This document shows positions 59,826 through 64,000 of a DNA stretch of 64,000 bases, piece after piece. The notes under the pieces were generated by a model, which saw nothing but the letters and a program-made list of their open reading frames with translations, did no database searches and had not been told where the DNA came from. The DNA lies in NCBI GenBank assembly GCA_050010755.1, contig JBEKKK010000001.1, positions 672,001 through 736,000 of the forward strand, in the 5' to 3' direction. Every line of letters starts with the position of its first letter. Positions within the stretch are counted from its first letter, which is position 1. Source of the stretch: Candidatus Bathyarchaeia archaeon. GTDB taxonomy: Archaea > Thermoproteota > Bathyarchaeia > Bathyarchaeales > Bathycorpusculaceae. The translations under genes and the position numbers were made by a program.

Positions 59826-60812
59826 TCAACAGCTAAAATATGGATGCCCATTTATCAATCTAAACGTAAGAACCTTAATTCCCAATTCTGCAAGTACTCC
59901 TCTGAAGTTTTTGCCTAGAACATCCGGAAATACTGCCACGAGCTGAGGGTTAATGCCTAACCTGATTGAGTTGAAGAAGAGTTGTCCTATTGCTGCGTAG
60001 CAACTCTGACGCTCTGTATCAGTCTTAACCTCGTATAACGTTTTTACCTCGTTCTTTTCACCAAGAATGTATAGGTCCATCCCATATCTGTTACCAACCT
60101 TCGATCCCTCAGAGATGAGCTTTTCTTCTAGACCCTTAACGATAATGCCATGATTGCATTTGGCTTCTATTTCACTATTGGAGCTGTAACGTTTTATTCC
60201 TGTAAATTCTTCTCTGAAAGCATCGAACGTTCGATCGGGTATGTGTAAATCAGACTTTTGATGTAAAGGTGCAATATATTTGATTCGTGCAACTTCATGC
60301 ACAAAGACACTCATTTGTTGCGGGAATTCTTTGCTCCCAAGCGACGCGACAAGTGCTAGCCTAGCTATATTATTGCCCTCTCGAACAGATACCCATTCGC
60401 CAATGAAATTATTAACGAAAAGCGACTTTCCAATGCCTTTTCTTCCGCCACCGATTATTCCTCTGTGCAATAGAAATAGTCCCTCCATTTCGTCCCCTAC
60501 TACGGCACCAGAAATCCTTCGGTTAAGGTTCTTAGGCAAATTGACCTCAACGACAATGCTATGAGGATACTTTTTGCCCCATTGAGGCTCTTGGAGACCA
60601 AAGGAGTTCCAGAACCTATCTTCTTCGTCCTTTGCTGTCCACCAAAAACCAAGATCTCTATTCCAGTAAGTCTCTCGAAACTGATGCCAACCTTTGCCAC
60701 CAATCATAATTCTACCATGCTTATCCAGAATAGACTTCAGTCTCTTTTCGAGTTGATCTTGAGCCTTTCTAACATCCGTCTCCTTTTCGATTATTCTTAG
60801 CATTTTTCCCAC
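59826..60812 (-). CDS. Hypothetical protein with C-terminal PD-(D/E)XK nuclease domain
   Basis: H..IV..L...MDLYI...LYEVKTD.....Y.AIGQL.F is a restriction-endonuclease-like motif. The N-terminal domain is unrecognised. Confidence 0.7.
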   Translation of the reverse strand: MGKMLRIIEKETDVRKAQDQLEKRLKSILDKHGRIMIGGKGWHQFRETYWNRDLGFWWTAKDEEDRFWNSFGLQEPQWGKKYPHSIVVEVNLPKNLNRRISGAVVGDEMEGLFLLHRGIIGGGRKGIGKSLFVNNFIGEWVSVREGNNIARLALVASLGSKEFPQQMSVFVHEVARIKYIAPLHQKSDLHIPDRTFDAFREEFTGIKRYSSNSEIEAKCNHGIIVKGLEEKLISEGSKVGNRYGMDLYILGEKNEVKTLYEVKTDTERQSCYAAIGQLFFNSIRLGINPQLVAVFPDVLGKNFRGVLAELGIKVLTFRLINGHPYFSC

Positions 60813-61049
60813 AATGTCTACGGAACGGCGTAGTAAATAAAAGCTTGAGGTAAGGCTATGCCAACCGCAAGGCAGTTTTACAAAAACGACGCATTCTTGA
60901 AAGACATGAAAAACCTTTTGATTTAGCCATAATTATTACATAATTCGCTCTTATGATGACCGCGGAACCCATAACCGATATAATAAAGAGAATTCAAACC
61001 CTCGCCAAGCAATGCGCAAGTATATTTTTACTGGCAAGAGCGTATTCCG

Positions 61050-61068
61050 ATCCCGGCCGGAGCACCAA
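61050..61068 (+). repeat. att direct repeat, right copy (tRNA-Glu 3' end duplication)
   Basis: ATCCCGGCCGGAGCACCAA, identical to 51941-51959. Confidence 0.92.
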
Positions 61069-61319
61069 ACTTTTAGTGCTGTTCTCCGCAATAATCGTTT
61101 TTTCTTGTATGGCGCCCCATCAGGTACCGACATAGCTCTGCTTTATAGAATCAAGCCACGGCAGAAAATGCTCCCGGTCAATAGTTTCTATTGGTCGGCG
61201 GTCTGGTGTCTAGAGCTTGTATGTTATTGTTGCCACCTTTGCGTGCGCAGAAAAGATGATAGTAGGTGAAAAAACTTGGAGAATAGATACTGCAAGACCA
61301 AGCTAGTTCAGCGGTTTAG

Positions 61320-61892
61320 TCAAGACTTTGGCGTTGCCAGTATCATGTAATGGTAGACGCCTTCTTTCTTTATCTCATTTATTTTGAAGCCTGCTGACTC
61401 TATAAGGCCAGAAGCTTTCTTTTCGTCGAATCGTATTTGTAAAGGTGGACCCAACCGCATGGGTTCCTTTTTCCAGTCCAGGTCTACAAGTCGGCCTGTC
61501 GGCTTCAGCATTTTCCTGGCGTTTGACAACACTTTGCTTGGATCCTCGAAGTCGTGAAGGACTATTCCAAAGAAAACAACGTCTGCGCATGAATCACAGA
61601 GTACGGTCTCTTCAGCCATTCCCGCTGCAAGCTTGAGGTTCCTCAATTTTTCTTTTGCAGCTTTTTCTTTCAACCTGCGTATCGCTTCAGGATCAGCGTC
61701 CAAACCGTAGACTCTTCCTTCGTCGCCCACTAGTCTCGCTGCAGGAAGCGCAAAGAATCCTTGGCCACAGCCTACGTCTACGAACGTGAGCCCTGCCCTA
61801 ACGCCCACGTCAACCAGAATGGCTTCAGGGTTTTGCCATTTTCTCCTTTCTTTTTCATCATCGAAGAACCTGCGGCCATGCAAGTCTATCAA
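61320..61892 (-). CDS. Class I SAM-dependent methyltransferase
   Basis: VDVGCGQG, VYGLD, VLHD and LKPTGRL..LDWKK motifs. Confidence 0.9.
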   Translation of the reverse strand: MIDLHGRRFFDDEKERRKWQNPEAILVDVGVRAGLTFVDVGCGQGFFALPAARLVGDEGRVYGLDADPEAIRRLKEKAAKEKLRNLKLAAGMAEETVLCDSCADVVFFGIVLHDFEDPSKVLSNARKMLKPTGRLVDLDWKKEPMRLGPPLQIRFDEKKASGLIESAGFKINEIKKEGVYHYMILATPKS

Positions 61893-62065
61893 CCTCGAAT
61901 GCTATCTAAGTCCAACACGATAATAGATTCATGCGCACTTGCTTTCAAGCTTTTCAATGGATGTGGTCAAATCCACGCACGCTGAGGAACGAATTATACG
62001 CAAAAGAAATAGACCAGAAGCTAGAAAAGGTATTCGATCTTAATAACTGGTGAGAGGTGTACTGT

Positions 62066-63052
62066 TTGGTTTCTCTCAGAGCTTTGGCACCGTCGTTAAC
62101 AAGAATAACTGTTGCCGGGGCTGTTGGAGCAGCGATGCATATCGGCCAAGGTGACGAACACTTGGTAGACTCAGACGCAGTCGAATTCTCGAGGGCGGTT
62201 CTGGCCCAGACAGATGTCGAGGGTGAGGTAATTGCCTGCGAGGGACCAAAGGACAACGCTCCAGCATTCATACGTAGAGAGAAAGTTGGAACCGGCAAAG
62301 GCCCGAAAGTCGAGTTTGTTGTCGATCCTGTTGATGGCACAACTGCCGCTTCCAAAGGGAGAAAGGACGCAATCTCTGCGCTTGCCTGCGCGCCAGCTGG
62401 CTGCTTTCAAGTTCTTCCGGACGATGGATACTACTTCAAAGTGGCCACTGACCGCCACGCGCTTGGAAAGATTTCCCTAGAAATGTCGATTGAAGAAATC
62501 GTGCGCACAGTCGCTCGGGAAAAGGGCTTGCCTGTTGAAAACTTCACGGTAATCATGCTGGAGCGTGAAAGGCACATAGAAATTCTAAATCGTCTAAGAA
62601 AGCTAGGCGTACGAATAATCCTCATAACCGACGGCGACATCGCGGGAGCAGTCGTCACGTGTCGACCGGGGTCAGGCATAGATCTCCTCTTAGGTGCTGG
62701 TGCGGGACCCGAGGCGACCATTGCAGCCACTGCCATTAAAATTCTGGGCGGCACTATGCTCGTGAAGGCTTGGAAGGATAAGAAAGACGACGCGAAAAGG
62801 ATGGACAGATTGAAGGCCGAAGGAGTTGACGCAGACAAAACTTATTGCCAAGACGAGTTGGCCAAAGGCAACGAACTTGTCTTTGCTGCATCTGGCGTGA
62901 CTAAAGGCGAACTGTTGGACGGCGTTCGGTTCATCCCAGAGGGGGCCATCGTTAACTCTCTTTGCATGAGATTGCCTAGCGGAACCGTGGAAAAGTCAGA
63001 AACAACCTTACGGTTTAAGGGGCATCCCGTGTACAAGCGGTTCATGCCCTAG
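62066..63052 (+). CDS. glpX: Fructose-1,6-bisphosphatase class II (GlpX family)
   Basis: EGPKDNAP, VDPVDGT, RERH, ITDGDIAG, PEA and FAASGVT.G.LLDGV motifs. Confidence 0.85.
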   Translation: MVSLRALAPSLTRITVAGAVGAAMHIGQGDEHLVDSDAVEFSRAVLAQTDVEGEVIACEGPKDNAPAFIRREKVGTGKGPKVEFVVDPVDGTTAASKGRKDAISALACAPAGCFQVLPDDGYYFKVATDRHALGKISLEMSIEEIVRTVAREKGLPVENFTVIMLERERHIEILNRLRKLGVRIILITDGDIAGAVVTCRPGSGIDLLLGAGAGPEATIAATAIKILGGTMLVKAWKDKKDDAKRMDRLKAEGVDADKTYCQDELAKGNELVFAASGVTKGELLDGVRFIPEGAIVNSLCMRLPSGTVEKSETTLRFKGHPVYKRFMP

Positions 63053-63109
63053 AATGCATTAAGGCGTTCATGTGGCACGGCACGAATCATCCTCAAATGG
63101 AGCAATGGC

Positions 63110-63259
63110 ATGGAAGAAAAAACAACGATTCTGCCATGTGGCTGCAAGTATCAGGACAACGGATACATGGTGGTGCGAGTCCATGAATGTGCTTACCATA
63201 AACGGAAGAGGACGACCAAGCGGCCGTATCGACCGAAAGCCGAATGCGTTAGACCCTGA
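63110..63259 (+). CDS. Putative 49-aa Zn-binding small protein
   Basis: GGAG then ATG 63110: MEEKTTILPCGCKYQDNGYMVVRVHECAYHKRKRTTKRPYRPKAECVRP*, with a CxC...CxxH motif and basic tail. Confidence 0.5.
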   Translation: MEEKTTILPCGCKYQDNGYMVVRVHECAYHKRKRTTKRPYRPKAECVRP

Positions 63260-63464
63260 GACTACACGATTAGACTTTCAACAGAATCTGGCAAACATGG
63301 AGCGAGTATAACAATGGATTGCATGATTCCCGATGCTAGAGGCAAGCAAGTGAATACTCAACGTGAAAATAGGTTCTCACGAAGAAAGAGGCAAGCAGGA
63401 AGAGGGCGCCGTTGCCCAAGTTTTATTCAAAACAATTCTCGATGTGGTCTCAGGTGGATTTCGC

Positions 63465-64000
63465 TTGTTTGACATAGTGTCCGTCGGTGATTTTTGCATA
63501 GATTCAATTTTCCTGCCCAATCGACAAACTGGATTCACTGTTCTGGGCGGCTCGGTGGCGTATGCCTCTTTTGCTGCAAGACGTTTGGATGCGAGGGTTT
63601 CGGTCATTTCAACTGTAGGTGCAGATTTCCCCGCCGCTTACAAATGGTGGCTCGAACAAGAGGGCGTAGATTTGTCTGGAGTTACCGACATGAAGGATGC
63701 GCTTACTACCCGTTTTGAGCTGAGATACAACAGTGACCTTTCAGACCGTACCCTCTGCTCAAAGAACAGGATGCCTCCTATTCGTATCGAAGACTTGCCT
63801 AACCCTCTGAAAGCCAGAGTAATACATCTTGCACCAATCGCAGGCGAAGTCACATATGAAGTGGCCGAGAAACTGAAAAACTACACAGAAATCATGTCCC
63901 TTGACCCGCAAGGACTCGTACGAAATTTCGACGAGAACGGAAACGTCACACTCAAAGAGCCTGAGGACAGACGCATCTTGGGCCTCGTTGACATCTTCAA
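63465..64000 (+). CDS. PfkB-family kinase, N-terminal part (runs off window end)
   Basis: From TTG 63465: MFDIVSVGDFCIDSI...LGGSVAYASFAARRL...STVGADF...SLDPQG. Confidence 0.85.
   Translation, partial: MFDIVSVGDFCIDSIFLPNRQTGFTVLGGSVAYASFAARRLDARVSVISTVGADFPAAYKWWLEQEGVDLSGVTDMKDALTTRFELRYNSDLSDRTLCSKNRMPPIRIEDLPNPLKARVIHLAPIAGEVTYEVAEKLKNYTEIMSLDPQGLVRNFDENGNVTLKEPEDRRILGLVDIF

Larger units (their letters stand above)
51941..61068. mobile_element. tRNA-Glu-integrated genomic island (~9.1 kb), no integrase visible
   Basis: Bounded by a 19-bp direct repeat of the tRNA 3' end. Cargo is nuclease/helicase-type genes and looks more AT-rich by eye. Confidence 0.85.

Noticed and set aside
60951-61269. 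Short ORFs spanning the right att site as a possible split (SSV-type) integrase fragment
   Set aside because: No tyrosine-recombinase R-H-R-Y or serine-recombinase motifs are visible in any listed frame.
63072-63311. 79-aa ORF in the track
   Set aside because: It has no motifs. The overlapping 49-aa frame with an SD-like sequence and Zn ligands is more plausible.
1-64000. CRISPR array, rRNA or IS transposase
   Set aside because: I saw no regularly spaced repeat-spacer array, rRNA-like segment or transposase motif.

Overview
This is an archaeal chromosomal window. Gene content and style (ftr, mch and mer-like genes, TBP, TFE, aTrm56, MBF1, NAC, an intron-containing tRNA, frequent TTG/GTG starts) fit Bathyarchaeia, which is my inference. 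(1) 1-8.7 kb: ftr, two hemerythrin-like genes, peptidases and acetyltransferases. (2) About 8.9-40 kb: a large catabolic region with a 2-oxoacid/acetoin dehydrogenase E1a/E1b/E2 plus lipoate ligase (no E3), a sugar-type ABC transporter, two amidohydrolases, two divergent Mch paralogs (one with an in-frame TAA), a Mer-like oxidoreductase, sugar kinases and dehydrogenases, two AOR-family enzymes, a PreA/DHODH-like flavoprotein and a DapA-like lyase. (3) 41-46 kb: a conserved information-processing cluster (tfe, trm56, hflX, mbf1, PUA, nac). (4) A two-intron tRNA-Glu(CTC) at 51844-51958 whose 3' end is duplicated at 61050-61068, bounding a ~9.1 kb island with no integrase. The island encodes a GHKL-ATPase/DUF3883-type nuclease, a wHTH+PUR-like protein coupled to a divergent TGT-fold protein, a UvrD helicase and a PD-(D/E)XK nuclease. 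It is the best candidate for an undescribed defence system. All family calls come from motif recognition by eye; no database searches were run.
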